Assembly (NCBI GenBank): GCA_002269645.1
Contig: NIVC01003929.1
Coordinates: forward strand, 5,303-69,302
Length of the DNA: 64,000 nucleotides
Direction of reading: 5' to 3'
From: Macrostomum lignano
Lineage: Eukaryota
Of this stretch, positions 51,240 through 63,431 are shown piece after piece. Position numbers and translations under genes: made by a program. The stretch's first letter is position 1. Every line of letters starts with the position of its first letter. Under the pieces are notes generated by a model. That model saw only the letters and a program-made list of their open reading frames with translations, had not been told where the DNA came from and searched no databases.

Positions 51240-52885
51240 CATGAGTCCATGAGCCTTGGCATCTTAGCAATTCCTCCCCAGTAAGCCTTGACATATCAGC
51301 AATTCCCCAGTAAGCCTTGAAATCTCACCAATTCCCCCAGTAAGCCTTGACATCCCAACAACCTAACTCCCCTCCCCCAAGAATTCAGCAATCCCCTTAT
51401 GAGCTTTGATATCTCAGCAATTTCTTCATGAGCCTTGTCAACTCAGCGATTCCATCCATGAGCTTTGATATCTTAGCAATTCCCATCTTAGTAAGTCTTT
51501 AGTTGATGGCAAGTCCTTGGTTGATGGTTAACAGAGTGGTTATTCTATGATTGAACCAAAACTGACCCTAAGCCCCTAACCCTAACCCATAAGTGAGTCT
51601 TGGCATGTTAGCAATCTCCCCCGTGAGCCTTGAGCCTGAGCATTTAAGTAACTTCCTCATAAGCTTTGAAATCTAAATTTCACCGAAAGCCTTGACCTGT
51701 CACCAATTCCCGAAGAGCCAAAGCATATAACTAATTCGCGCCAAGAGCCTTTAATCTTAGAAATTCCTTAATGAATCATTTATGATTGACACGACGATGG
51801 CTCTATAATTGAACCCAAACCATAACCCTTTATCTGCAGCCGAGTCACAGAATTCAGCAACTCCTTCTCAGCCCAAGAATTTCAAAAATTCCCCAAGGAG
51901 CTTTTGAAATCTTAGCAATTTTCCCAGGAGCCTGAAAATTGAGCGACTAACCTTTTGATATCTTGGCACTTTCACACGGGTCTTATGATTGAACCCTAAC
52001 CCTGCCAAGTCACAGCATTTCAGCTATTCCCACTATGAACCACAGCATTTCAACAATTACCCAATGAACCTTGACATTTCCTGAATTTCAGCTATTCCCT
52101 TTAGGAGCCTTTGAAATCTCAGCCATTCCCCTGTGAACCTTAGTATCTCAGCAATACCCAAGAGTCACAGCCCACAGCATTACAGGGATCCCCCGTGAGC
52201 TTTGAAATCTCAGCTATTCCCCAATGAGCCTTGATATCTCAGCAACTCCTATTTGAGACACAAAATTTCGGCAATATGAGCAGGTGCTGCAATCACAACA
52301 ATCCCCCTGAGCATTGAGCCACATTATAATTCGGATATCCCCCCATGAGCCTTGACAACTTAGCAATTCCCAATAAGTATTTAATGTTAGACAGGCCTAT
52401 TCATTTATATGGTTTACGTCTTACTCTTACCCTAAAAATGTCGGCAATTCCCCCAAGAGCCACAGCATTCCAGAAATTATCTCCATGAGCCGTGACAGCA
52501 AATAATTTTAATGAGCCTTGATACGTCAGCAATTTCTCAAATGAACTTTGAAATCAAAGCAATTCTGCCCAGAATCACATCAGTATAGGAATTTCCCTCT
52601 GAGCCTTGACAAGACATCTCCGAATTTCTCCCATGGGCCTTGATCTGGCCCATGGCCCAGTAAGCCTTGAAATCTCAATAATTCCTCAGTAAGCCTTGAC
52701 ATCTCAGAAATTCCCTCATTAAGATCGACATCGCAGCAATTGAACTCAAGCTTTGAAATCAAAGCAATTCTCCCCAGAATCACATCATTATAGCAATTAC
52801 CACTGAGCCTTGAGATCTTAGAAATTCTCCCATGAGTCTTGATATCACAGAAATTTCCCATACCAGCCTTGAAATCTTAGCAATT
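51240..52885. repeat. Old degenerate ~30-bp tandem repeat (CAGCAATTCCCCAGTAAGCCTTGA(C/A)ATCT)
   Basis: Motifs AGCAATT, GAGCCTTG and AAATCT recur throughout with heavy divergence. Confidence 0.75.
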
Positions 52886-53029
52886 CACATTGAGTATTTT
52901 ATTCTCGACAGACTGCTTTTTTATGGTTGACATGGTGATTCTTTTCTCGCTTTGTCTTGTGTTGAGTTTTCTTCTGTTTAAAGTAGCATTTATTAAAATT
53001 ATTAAAATTATTAAACACTTTAGCAATGG

Positions 53030-53262
53030 TTTACCATCACTTTAGCAATGGTTTACCATCACTTTAGCAATGGTTCACCAGCAGTTTAGCAATGGTTTAC
53101 CATCACTTTAGCAATAGTTCACCAGCAGTTTAGCAATGGTTCACCAGTAGTTTAGCAATGGTTCACCATCACTTTAGCAATGGTTTACCATCACTTTAGC
53201 AATTTCACCAGCAGCAGTTTAGCAATGGTTCACCAGCAGTTTAGCAATGGTTCACCGGCACT
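53030..53262. repeat. 22-bp minisatellite TTTAGCAATGGTTTACCATCAC
   Basis: ~10 units. Confidence 0.93.
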
Positions 53263-54686
53263 GTTCCGCAAAATCTGCAAAGGATACAATCATTATTGTC
53301 ACAGGTCACAAATATAAATTCGCTGCTTCAATGCAGGCTCGAACTGCTGACATCAAAGCATTCTGCTTAGCTTCTGCCGGATACTGCCTGCCTACTGCGG
53401 CTGTTGTGCCTATTGACATGTGGTCGAAATAATCTAGTTTAGCAACTTCAGCCGTTTGAAGTTAACCCCAGAAATCGGCATTTATCCCTACAACAACCTG
53501 AAATTATCCCTGCATCTAATCCCGCAAAAAGACTGCAGTTATTTCTTAGCAGCCGGCATTTATCATCCACTTTGCATTCTACAACTTTTACTAAAATTAA
53601 GCATGTATACCTTCAGCTCATAGAATTGTCCTCTTAGCAAAAAATATTTCACTTGGCAGCCTGCAGTAATCCCCTCAACAACTTGTACTTAATATTCCAC
53701 AGTTAATATCCACTCAAAGCTCAATAGTTAGTTATTACCCTCAGAAGTCTGCCATTATCCCCCTATTAGTCGGCAGTTTTCCCTCTCAGCAGTCTGCAGC
53801 TATACGCTCATACGTCTGGAGGAACTACCTCAGCAGTTTGCAGTTGTTTCCCCTTTGCAATCTGCAATGATACCTTCGACAGTCTGCAGTTTCCCTAAGC
53901 AGTCTGCAGTCATTCCATTTGCAGTCTACAAGTGTTCAATTAACAATTTTCATTCATCCTCTCAGCAGCCTGCAGTTCTTCTTTCAGCCGGCACCTCAGC
54001 TCCTCAGGAAACTGCAATTTGCTCAGAATTTTACGGCTCACTAATAAATTTTCGATACACATCGGCAGTCTTGCAAAACTCAGCATTTTGCAATACCGTC
54101 AGAAGTTTTTTTCAGAATGGTCTGCAGTTTAGCAATTTCATACTTTCATGGAACTACGCCATATACCCATTGATGGGATCAGTACGCTCGTAATACATGT
54201 ACTCGAAGCAGTTTTTACAAATCAAATTTGCTTAGCGACTTGTGCTAAATAGCAAAAATACATGTAGTTCATTTAGTGTGCCTTGTTAATTAAGCATAAA
54301 ACTTCCAATTAGTCGAAGCACAAGCTAAAATGAAATAATAATTAGCTCAATTTCAATTGTCCGCTGCGAGCCAGACTCTAACCTGGGACCTTACGCCTAT
54401 CCTAAACCTGGTCCTAGTGCCTACAGTGCGGCTACTCCGCCTATTGATCGGAGGGCGACAAAATCAGCCATATATGCTTTGGCACTGCAGTCAAATACAC
54501 AGCAGTGATAGGCTGCTTAGTGCACGGGTTGCATGCAGGCAGAGCCAATGCACAGTTAAGTGAAATCTATAAATTAGATTTAAGTCTGGAGGAACTACTT
54601 CACAGTCTGCAGTTCTTCTCTGGCCGGCACCTCAGTCCCCTCAGAAAACTGCAATTTGCTCAGAATTGTACGGCTCAGTAATCAAT

Positions 54687-57288
54687 TTTCGATACATATC
54701 GGCAGCTCTGCATTTAGCAATACCTTTAAGCAATTTAGCAGCATTGTCTGCAGTTTAGTAATTTCGTACTTTTATGGAGATAGACAATACCCTTGATGGG
54801 ATCAGTTATACTCGAAGCAGTTTTAACAAATCAAATTTGATTAGCGGCTTGTGCCGAGTAGCAAAAAATGAATTGCGAATTAATGAAATATGTTTCAATT
54901 GAAATTAATAAAAAAATGTTCCAATTAGTCGAGGCGCAAGCTATAAATTATTGAATTATTTTAATTTTAATTATCCGCCGGGGAGGCAGACTCGAACCTT
55001 GGACCTTACGCCTAGCCTAAACCTAGTCCTAGTGCCTACAGTGCGGCTACTCCGCCTATTGATGGGAGGACAACAAAATCAGCCATATATCCTTCAGAAC
55101 TTCAGTTAAATACATAGCAGTGATAGGCTGCTCAGTGTGTAGGCGTGCAGGCGGAGCCAATGCACAGTTGATTGAGTGAAATCTATAAATAGCAATTTTC
55201 TATGGAGTCCGCCAGTCAGAGCCAGGGTCAGAATGTACACACGCAGCCACTGAGCATTTTTTCTCCTTGCACACTGCAGCCAGTATTGAAGCATATACAG
55301 TGGAGAGAGAAAAGTTATGGCGCAATCATAATTGGAATTGGAATTCAGCCAGTCAAGAATTCAACCTAGTTTGCCCTCCCATTAAAAGCATTGGGAAAAC
55401 TCGTTTTTCGAATATTTAATACCTTTAGCATTTAAGCCGATTAAAGAAATTTTAACTGTCTTCTTTCCAGACAATTTTGCATCTTTTGGCGAAAAAGCGA
55501 TTAAAATTGGTCAATTGGTTCAATCTCTAGAACGTTACACGAATACTAACACCAAGGCCGTTCGAGTGAAAGTCACACGAAGCAGCTATGACATAATCAA
55601 ATACTCAGGCAGTCAGCATCAGTCTCAATTAAAGTTAGCAATATGGTTACGCAATTTCTGTCTTTTAACTTGGCGCAGTGTTTTCAACTTGTTGTGATGC
55701 AATCTTTATCAGAATCAGAATTCAGTCAGTCAGTTTTTTATCTGCTAGCATTTTTACAATGCATTTCAAGTCGAAAGAGCTGCTTGACCTTTGCAAAAAA
55801 GCATGTTTTTCGAATATCTAATCCCTTTAGCATTGAAGCAGATACAAGAAATTTTAACCATACAATCCCAGGCTGATTACAAATCTTTTGGCGAAAACGC
55901 GATCAAAATCGGTGAAGAATTGCAATCTCTAGAGCGTTATGGACAAGCAAGCAAGCATACAAATATTAGAGATTTAGTATATTTAGATTTCGATACATAT
56001 CGGCAGCTCTGCATTTAGCAATACCTTTAAGCAATTTAGCAGCATTGTCTGCAGTTTAGTAATTTCGTACTTTTATGGAGATAGACAATACCCTTGATGG
56101 GATCAGTTATACTCGAAGCAGTTTTAACAAATCAAATTTGATTAGCGGCTTGTGCCGAGTAGCAAAAAATGAATTGCGAATTAATGAAATATGTTTCAAT
56201 TGAAATTAATAAAAAAATGTTCCAATTAGTCGAGGCGCAAGCTATAAATTATTGAATTATTTTAATTTTAATTATCCGCCGGGGAGGCAGACTCGAACCT
56301 TGGACCTTACGCCTAGCCTAAACCTAGTCCTAGTGCCTACAGTGCGGCTACTCCGCCTATTGATGGGAGGACAACAAAATCAGCCATATATCCTTCAGAA
56401 CTTCAGTTAAATACATAGCAGTGATAGGCTGCTCAGTGTGTAGGCGTGCAGGCGGAGCCAATGCACAGTTGATTGAGTGAAATCTATAAATAGCAATTTT
56501 CTATGGAGTCCGCCAGTCAGAGCCAGGGTCAGAATGTACACACGCAGCCACTGAGCATTTTTTCTCCTTGCACACTGCAGCCAGTATTGAAGCATATACA
56601 GTGGAGAGAGAAAAGTTATGGCGCAATCATAATTGGAATTGGAATTCAGCCAGTCAAGAATTCAACCTAGTTTGCCCTCCCATTAAAAGCATTGGGAAAA
56701 CTCGTTTTTCGAATATTTAATACCTTTAGCATTTAAGCCGATTAAAGAAATTTTAACTGTCTTCTTTCCAGACAATTTTGCATCTTTTGGCGAAAAAGCG
56801 ATTAAAATTGGTCAATTGGTTCAATCTCTAGAACGTTACACGAATACTAACACCAAGGCCGTTCGAGTGAAAGTCACACGAAGCAGCTATGACATAATCA
56901 AATACTCAGGCAGTCAGCATCAGTCTCAATTAAAGTTAGCAATATGGTTACGCAATTTCTGTCTTTTAACTTGGCGCAGTGTTTTCAACTTGTTGTGATG
57001 CAATCTTTATCAGAATCAGAATTCAGTCAGTCAGTTTTTTATCTGCTAGCATTTTTACAATGCATTTCAAGTCGAAAGAGCTGCTTGACCTTTGCAAAAA
57101 AGCATGTTTTTCGAATATCTAATCCCTTTAGCATTGAAGCAGATACAAGAAATTTTAACCATACAATCCCAGGCTGATTACAAATCTTTTGGCGAAAACG
57201 CGATCAAAATCGGTGAAGAATTGCAATCTCTAGAGCGTTATGGACAAGCAAGCAAGCATACAAATATTAGAGATTTAGTATATTTAGA
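54687..57288. repeat. Head-to-tail tandem duplication of a 1301-bp unit (54687-55987, 55988-57288)
   Basis: Identical ORF pairs offset by 1301 (55106/56407, 55515/56816, 55643/56944, 55791/57092); junction TTTCGATACAT visible at both starts. Confidence 0.95.
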
Positions 57289-58443
57289 TTAGATTAGATA
57301 GACTAGGAGAGGTTAACCGTTTTCACTATAGGTTAAGCGCCGACCAATAAACCGATAACAGACACCAGTCACCACATGCGCACAGGCGGTAGTAAAATCT
57401 AGCCAACAGTGATAAAGTGGGGTTAGAAAAAGTGGAGGCTGAGGGGCACACAGAAAATCGATACCCGAAGGCCGACGCCGACCACACGCGTGCAGGCGGT
57501 AATAAAATTTAACAATTGTGGAGTTAGCGATGGGAAAGGAAAGAGCGGTGGGATTGAGAGCCGACCAGTAAATCGAAAACAGACACCACATGCGCACATG
57601 CGAAATCCAGACAACAGCGATTTAAAGTGGGGGTTGAGGGGCCGACTAGAAAATCGATAACCGACCCTAGCGCGCAGTTATCAATAAAAGCTGCCTATCC
57701 AGCAGCATGGGTTATACAGAGAAATTGGGACAAGGCAGTTTAATTAATACTAACGTTAGCTCCTATTCCTTATCACATATCAGATTCTGTTATGCAGAAA
57801 GCAAAAGAAGAGACGTCAAAGGACATAGCGTAAGACTACAAAAAGCGTGCGCAATCAAATGAAATATAATTAATATTTTTCAAATGCATTCGTGCATTTA
57901 GTACGTTGGCAGGGCTAAATTGAGTCCATTGCACGAATAAGCGCTATTGCATCTTGGCCTCATGAATGATGCATCCAAATGACGACAGCCATATATTTAA
58001 TCAATTGGACTCTATTCGTGCATTGCGTCATTTTTCTTTCAAATTAGCAATTTGAAATGCACAGTGAAAGGCAAAATTAAATTCTCCATATCCATACCAA
58101 AACTAATTTGAAGTAGAGAAACGTCAGAGAAATCAAATTAATTTACAATAGTTAAAGCTTACCGATCGAAAAAAACAATTAAAACTCTCAACGAGTAAAA
58201 AAATGGATAAAGTAAACAGGCAAAAATTCATTTATTAATTGCTTTTGATTGCGAAAACCCACCCAAAAAGACGTTTTGCCTAGCTACCACCAGTCAGCTA
58301 TTCAATATTCGCATCCATATAAGGAAAGACATAATAAGTTGGTAATTTCGTTGCTCTGCTAAATGGAAATCTTTCCTAGCTAGATCATATGACATGACAT
58401 CAATCGTCTAACAATAAAATATTGATATATGAAGTTTAAAAAA

Positions 58444-59601
58444 TCATTCCGGATACAGCGGCACAGACTTGAGCGCGTCCGGCACGTGTAACAGGTGACG
58501 AATAGTCGGCCTGCCGTGCGGACAATTCCATGGCTGGTCCAGTTCGGCTAGGCTAGCGAGGATTCTCGCCCGCTGCCTGGCGTCAAGAGCGTCGCCGATC
58601 ATAACGGCCGATCGGCAGGCCCTGCTAGCCAGCATAGCGCGAACCCGGCTAGGCAGTAGCAGTGGCAGCGGCGGAAGCGTCGCCTCGGCGGACACTTCGC
58701 CGGAGCCGTCGCCGTCCGCCGACACCAGCTCGATGAGCTCCTCGAGATCCGACAGTCCGAAGCTCCACTTGCCAAGTCCGAGCGGCACAGATAGCAACTT
58801 CAATCGACTACCAACAGGTGCTTCGCTATCGAATTCCATATCGAATCTGGCGGCCGAGAATCTGGGCAGGGCGGACGCGACAGTTTCCTCTTGGGCAAAG
58901 GTGAGCCGCAGCTGTTTAGGCGCGGCCAAGGGCTGTCGGGTCAGGTGACAACCGTCGCTGCGTTGCAACGCTTCGAATCGGCACTTTTCATCGGCCGCGT
59001 GCTGGTCTACTAGGAACAGGTCGCCGCTGGAGTCCAGCAGGGAGGGCAGGAAGCCCAGGTTGAACTGGCCTATGGGGCGGAGCCGACGCAGGCCGTCGCG
59101 ATCCAGGCTGGCGCGCAGCTCGGCTTCGGCGGCGGCGCTCTCTTCCGGTCGGATACGCGCCCGGAAGCGCGCATGTAAGGAATCGTCCGTGCGACAGTCG
59201 GCGTCTGTTTCGTACAGTTGAAGCAGCCGGTCTGGCCGGAACGGACAAACAATTCGAGGCCGGGCGGCGGCGGTCAACGCCGGGTCGTTGCAGCCGCCAA
59301 ATTCTGGACAGTCGTCGTAGACAAAATCCTCCTCCGGCTGGATTGCGGCCTCGTCGTCCGCTTCGTCGTTGCTGTCTGGCTTTTCAACCGTGACCATCTG
59401 GGGGATGTCTAGCTTGGACGACTTCGAGAAATTGTTAGCAGCCTCGAATGTTTCAGTACTTTCGTCTCCATCTTCGTCGCCAGCAACTGGTCGCTTGCTG
59501 GCTGGCGACCAGAAGGCAGCGAGTGACTTTTGCCCTGCAAATGATGTGGCGTCGGAACTGTTTAATGGCGAATTTTCTATTTGGAATCTTTCGAGGAGCG
59601 A
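58444..59601 (-). CDS. PMS2: PMS2 last exon: linker plus MutL C-terminal endonuclease domain
   Basis: IGQFNLGF, DQHAADEKCRFE (DQHA-X2-E-X4-E), ASRACRSAVMIG, PWNCPHGRPT. Frame is open from 59601 to the stop at 58444; the 5' boundary is uncertain because of the in-frame TAA at 59602-59604. Confidence 0.93.
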   Translation of the reverse strand, partial: SLLERFQIENSPLNSSDATSFAGQKSLAAFWSPASKRPVAGDEDGDESTETFEAANNFSKSSKLDIPQMVTVEKPDSNDEADDEAAIQPEEDFVYDDCPEFGGCNDPALTAAARPRIVCPFRPDRLLQLYETDADCRTDDSLHARFRARIRPEESAAAEAELRASLDRDGLRRLRPIGQFNLGFLPSLLDSSGDLFLVDQHAADEKCRFEALQRSDGCHLTRQPLAAPKQLRLTFAQEETVASALPRFSAARFDMEFDSEAPVGSRLKLLSVPLGLGKWSFGLSDLEELIELVSADGDGSGEVSAEATLPPLPLLLPSRVRAMLASRACRSAVMIGDALDARQRARILASLAELDQPWNCPHGRPTIRHLLHVPDALKSVPLYPE

Positions 59602-59769
59602 TTATTCCACTGTAAGTTTTCTAGCGATGATTTTCGCGTTGGTGAATCTTGTAGGGACATTTTTGCATTTTTCTGGTGTTGCATCTTTTAGAGGAGACTT
59701 TCCGGTGCCAACTATTTGATATGGACAAAGGATTTCAAGGCCAAAAAGTAATGTGTTTTTCAAATTTAC

Positions 59770-59980
59770 GTTTCCTCGGCGGAGAGCGCGCAGAATAAGA
59801 TTTAGTCGATGGCGACTTTGCAACGGGCGCGTACTCCGTGGCTGCTCCGGTAGAGCGAGACTTTGAACAGGCAAAAGCGGAGCGAAGTTTTTCCAGAGCG
59901 GACTTGCCAGTCACCGCGTCGGTGTCGGCGGCTGCCTCATCAGCAACCGAAAGCGTTGATGACAAAACAGGCGATTGGCT
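59770..59980 (-). CDS. PMS2: PMS2 internal exon (low-complexity linker)
   Basis: Acceptor TTTCCTCCAG| (phase 0, matching the upstream donor); donor C|GTAAAT (phase 1). SQSPVLSS...ALEKLRSAF...SPPRK. Confidence 0.7.
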
Positions 59981-60992
59981 CTGGAGGAAATTGAAACAAT
60001 GTGTTATACGGTGCAAGCGAGTACGTTTTCTGAGTTTCTTAGCGTCTAGCTGGTCTTCGACGAGAGAGGGAAAAATAAATATGCGCAAGAGGCTAGGGTT
60101 GTGGACCCTCTAGCGCAACGCCTTCGGCGACAAGTATCAATACTTTTATAAGTATTAAGATTCATGAGATTTCCAGATGTTTATCAATTGTCAAAATTGA
60201 GTCATCTGAAAAAAATGGAGTCTGTAGACTTGTGAAAATTTTGTGGATCAGAGGCTCAACAGTGTGAAGGGCAGGGTGGAGATGTAGGCATTTTATCTGA
60301 TTCTGAATTTTGAAACTGATGCCAGCTGGCATCCTTGGTCCAAATTCAGAATGCCAAATGGCACTGTAATTCAGCCGCTTAAAAAACGCTAGGCTGTCAA
60401 TTACTAAATCATTCTGCTATCCTTGAGAAGATGAGAGGAGAGAGGCCAGATGAGAGATGGGAGAAGATATAGGAAATGGGAAATAGTAAAATAGATGACT
60501 CTATAACGACGAGCTGTCACGGTGCAAGTCGCCAAAAGTCGTCAGAGTCGCCTAAGAGTCAATTTGAGACGTTTTATTGTCTGCGACTCTGTGGCGTTGC
60601 AAGTGACACTGGGGCGTTTCTGCAATGACTCTGGGGGTGCTGATACCCCCATCTGCATCACTTTATGAATTATTGAAGTCGCATTTCACAATTATATCAA
60701 CTCTATTTAGTCTACAAAGTTAGTAAAAAGTTAAGTGCTAACACAACGAATCTTGGACGATTTTTTTGCGACTCTTACGATTCAACAACTCAAGTGATGC
60801 CCTTGTGACTCAACAGTTGCCTTTCCGTTAAAAAGTCATTAAAAAGTCACAGGAGTCGCTAGAGTCACTTGTGATTTGTTTGCAATGACTTAAACGGGAA
60901 ACGTTTTACACGGGAAACTAGTTGGTAAAGTTAGCATAGCCTCAACTTAACCCCTATATATAACGAAAAACAGCCACCAGCTTAACACCCAC

Positions 60993-61261
60993 CCGACAAA
61001 TTGGCGTAGGCGAATTCGCTCCGCTGCTGCTGTCAGGCGGGTCGGCATCAACGGAGACGGACGCCTGCTGGCTACTCGCCAGGACGGGTGCGGCGGGATA
61101 GTCGGTTAGGCCGGGCCCGAGGCCCCTGACTGGCATGGACAAGCAGCCGTTGGCCAGATCCAGCCGTTGCTGCAGCTGGGCTTTGAGACAAGCTGTAAGC
61201 AGGTGCTCGTGGCACAGGTATATTGACCGCTTATCCGGGGTCAGATTCACGTCGATAGCGT
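60993..61261 (-). CDS. PMS2: PMS2 internal exon (end of transducer domain)
   Basis: (D)AIDVNLTPDKRSIYL..EHLL carries the MutL DVNxTPDKR motif. Acceptor CTCTCAG|, donor CGG|GTGGGT; phases 1 and 0 fit neighbours. Confidence 0.88.
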
Positions 61262-61416
61262 CTGAGAGGATGGATTGGATTCAGGGACGATTAAGGTAAA
61301 ATCACTGAGAAGGCGCCTCAATCAAATCGTGCAAACATTCAGGTCCTTCATCGCTGCTAACCTTTAGATCAGCCTTTCAGTGAGTGCGGCCACCCCTCAG
61401 GCGCTTGAGGAAGGGC

Positions 61417-61708
61417 AGCTACCCCTCAGATCCTTCAGTGAGTGCAGCTACCCCTCAGATCCTTCAGTGAGTGCCGCTACCCCTCAGATCCTTCAGTGAG
61501 TGCCGCTACCCTCAGATCCTTCAGTGAGTGCCGCTACCCCTCAGATCCTTCAGTGAGTGCCGCTACCCCTCAGATCCTTCAGTGAGTGCCGCTACCCCTC
61601 AGATCCTTCAGTGAGTGCCGCTACCCCTCAGATCCTTCAGTGAGTGCCGCTACCCCTCAGATCCTTCAGTGAGTGCCGCTTCCGCCCTCCCCAAGTTCCT
61701 TCAGTGAG
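61417..61708. repeat. 29-bp minisatellite GCTACCCCTCAGATCCTTCAGTGAGTGCC in a PMS2 intron
   Basis: ~10 units. Confidence 0.95.
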
Positions 61709-61746
61709 CGAACTCTACCCAATGCCAGGGGCCCACCCCGTCTCAC

Positions 61747-61931
61747 CGGTCGGCAGCCGCAAGTGCATAATAACAAACGGATGCTGAGTCCTGTTGTACA
61801 GCTTATAGACTTCGTTAACTAGTCTGGCTAGCCTTGGTAGCTGGCACGGCCTGTTGTTGATGTAGAAGAACTGCCTGTCACCTGCCGGCCGGCCCATGCC
61901 AGGCAGCGGACTGGAGATGCGGCCGCTCAGA
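61747..61931 (-). CDS. PMS2: PMS2 internal exon (transducer/S5-like domain)
   Basis: LSGRISSPLPGMGRPAGDRQFFYINNRPC...LVNEVYKLYNRTQHPFV matches PMS2 GRS..DRQFFFIN.RPC...VNEVY..YN..QYPF. Donor G|GTGAGA. Confidence 0.92.
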
Positions 61932-61998
61932 CTAGGAATGGTTCGAATTTGACATTTACGAGCTTAACTATATAACTATACTATATATTTTAATACAA

Positions 61999-62416
61999 AC
62001 TAGAATAGCTAGATGGGCCACTCAGAACATTTGCATTTGCGTGTAAGCTACTTTCAGTTCAGTAGTAAGTTAAACAGAAGCATTTCAATGTATTTTGAAG
62101 CCAAGACTGATTTATTGGCTCTTAACCCTTAGCCAAAAAAATCCTCCAACCGCCCCGCCCTAAATTTTATTGCCTTTCTCGGAAATTCCAGCCTAAAGCT
62201 GCCATGTACATTTCAGTGGACTGGCTAGTGTACATTATTACTGAACCAATTAGCAAGCTGTTTACGCCTGCAAGCTTGGGCTTCTAAACTTATCAAAGTT
62301 ATTTCAGCTGCCTTCTTTATAAAATAGCTTATGTATTCTTCTTTGCTACTGAACTGAAAGTAGAAAGCTGTTTTACTAAGTATAAATGCCTGAGTGGCCC
62401 ATCTAGTTATTTTAGT
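61999..62416 (+). mobile_element. ~420-bp MITE, copy 2 (PMS2 intron)
   Basis: Colinear with 49832-50258; TIR core perfect here. Confidence 0.85.
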
Positions 62417-62775
62417 ATGTGGGTAAAACTAAGAACTGCAAAATATATGACTAGCTATCCATACGCTCGCATAGAGAGTGCTTTATGGTTTGTTTGCCAC
62501 ACTAATCCGTAGGATTTTGCTCAATGTGAAATTTTGAAATGCATAATTGTACGTTAGAGAATAATAAAATTTGACAATTAAGCACTGCAAACTTCAGGAA
62601 TGTACCCGGGTGGGACATGGCGGCTAGGCTGCCAACACTTCTGACTCTATGAAGGTTTGAGCTCCCAGATTTTGATATCCTTGAATTTGAAGTTAAAATA
62701 ACACGTGCAAATTATAGCAAATTTAAAATCTTGGTATATGCTAGATATAGGTATAACTAGGTATAACAGACTCAC

Positions 62776-62887
62776 TCCATTTCCTGCAGAATCCTCTCCT
62801 GGCTATCAGTAATTGACCTCGGCGCTGATCCTCCGGTAGAATCTGGAGCCAGCTATCCGGACTGCACAGCGGCAGCAGTGACTTCGC
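62776..62887 (-). CDS. PMS2: PMS2 internal exon (112 nt, apparent 1-nt frameshift)
   Basis: Acceptor CACCACAG|, starts AKSLLPL; donor |GTGAGT. Exon length gives phase 1 whereas the next exon needs phase 2. Confidence 0.65.
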
Positions 62888-62939
62888 CTGTGGTGAATGA
62901 AATTAGGCTTTTAAACTACAACAAAAAAGACACAAACTG

Positions 62940-63187
62940 AGGTGTTAGCAGCTCAGAGGTAGACGCCTCTGACCCTCAACCCACGATCCCTGGTTCAACT
63001 CCGTGTGCGGCCGCATTCGTTTGGGGCCTATGAACGAAAGGCACAGAGAGTGTACATGCCTGACGATCAGAAAGTCAGTGCCGCTGCACACATTGAGCGC
63101 GTGCTGGACTGCCTGCAAGTCGGCACAGCTCAAATACCCTTAATTGACAACAGTACATTAAATTATAGAAAAAATACAATAAACCTT
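62940..63187 (+). mobile_element. Probable tRNA-derived SINE, family 2 (PMS2 intron)
   Basis: A-box-like GCAGCTCAGAGG (62948-62959) and B box GGTTCAACTCC (62992-63002) at tRNA spacing, but stems do not pair as a tRNA; followed by ~190 bp body and an A-rich end. Single copy in the window. Confidence 0.55.
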
Positions 63188-63189
63188 AC

Positions 63190-63268
63190 CTGACTAGTTG
63201 TAAACAGAGCAGCAATGCAGTCGTCTAAAGAGCTGCAACCGCTTGTCTTCAGTGCCACGGTTCGCTTG
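63190..63268 (-). CDS. PMS2: PMS2 internal exon (most 5' exon found; gene continues beyond the window)
   Basis: TTACTTACAG|C-KRTVALKTSGCSSLDDCIAALFTTSQ|GTAAGG; aligns by eye to PMS2 KR..V..T.G..S...NI..VF..KQ. Confidence 0.8.
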
Positions 63269-63431
63269 CTGTAAGTAAAAAATCACGTAGTCCGATTGGC
63301 ATAATGCCTTTTAAAAATATCTTTGCTAACTAATTGTAGTTAGTGCATAGTAATTAGTGCATAGTAGTTAGTGCATAGGTGACAATAATTAGACAGAAGA
63401 ATACACCACTGTAGTTGATGATCACGGAAAA

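Noticed and set aside
51565-51590. Telomere-like CCCTAACCCTAACCC
   Set aside because: Only ~2.5 units inside a degenerate repeat; not an interstitial telomere array.
54975-55010. B-box-like GGTTCGAGTC on the minus strand (repeated at +1301)
   Set aside because: No matching A box or cloverleaf upstream.
60480-60900. GAGTC/GACTC-rich segment in a PMS2 intron, possible MITE
   Set aside because: Could not define terminal inverted repeats or a second copy.
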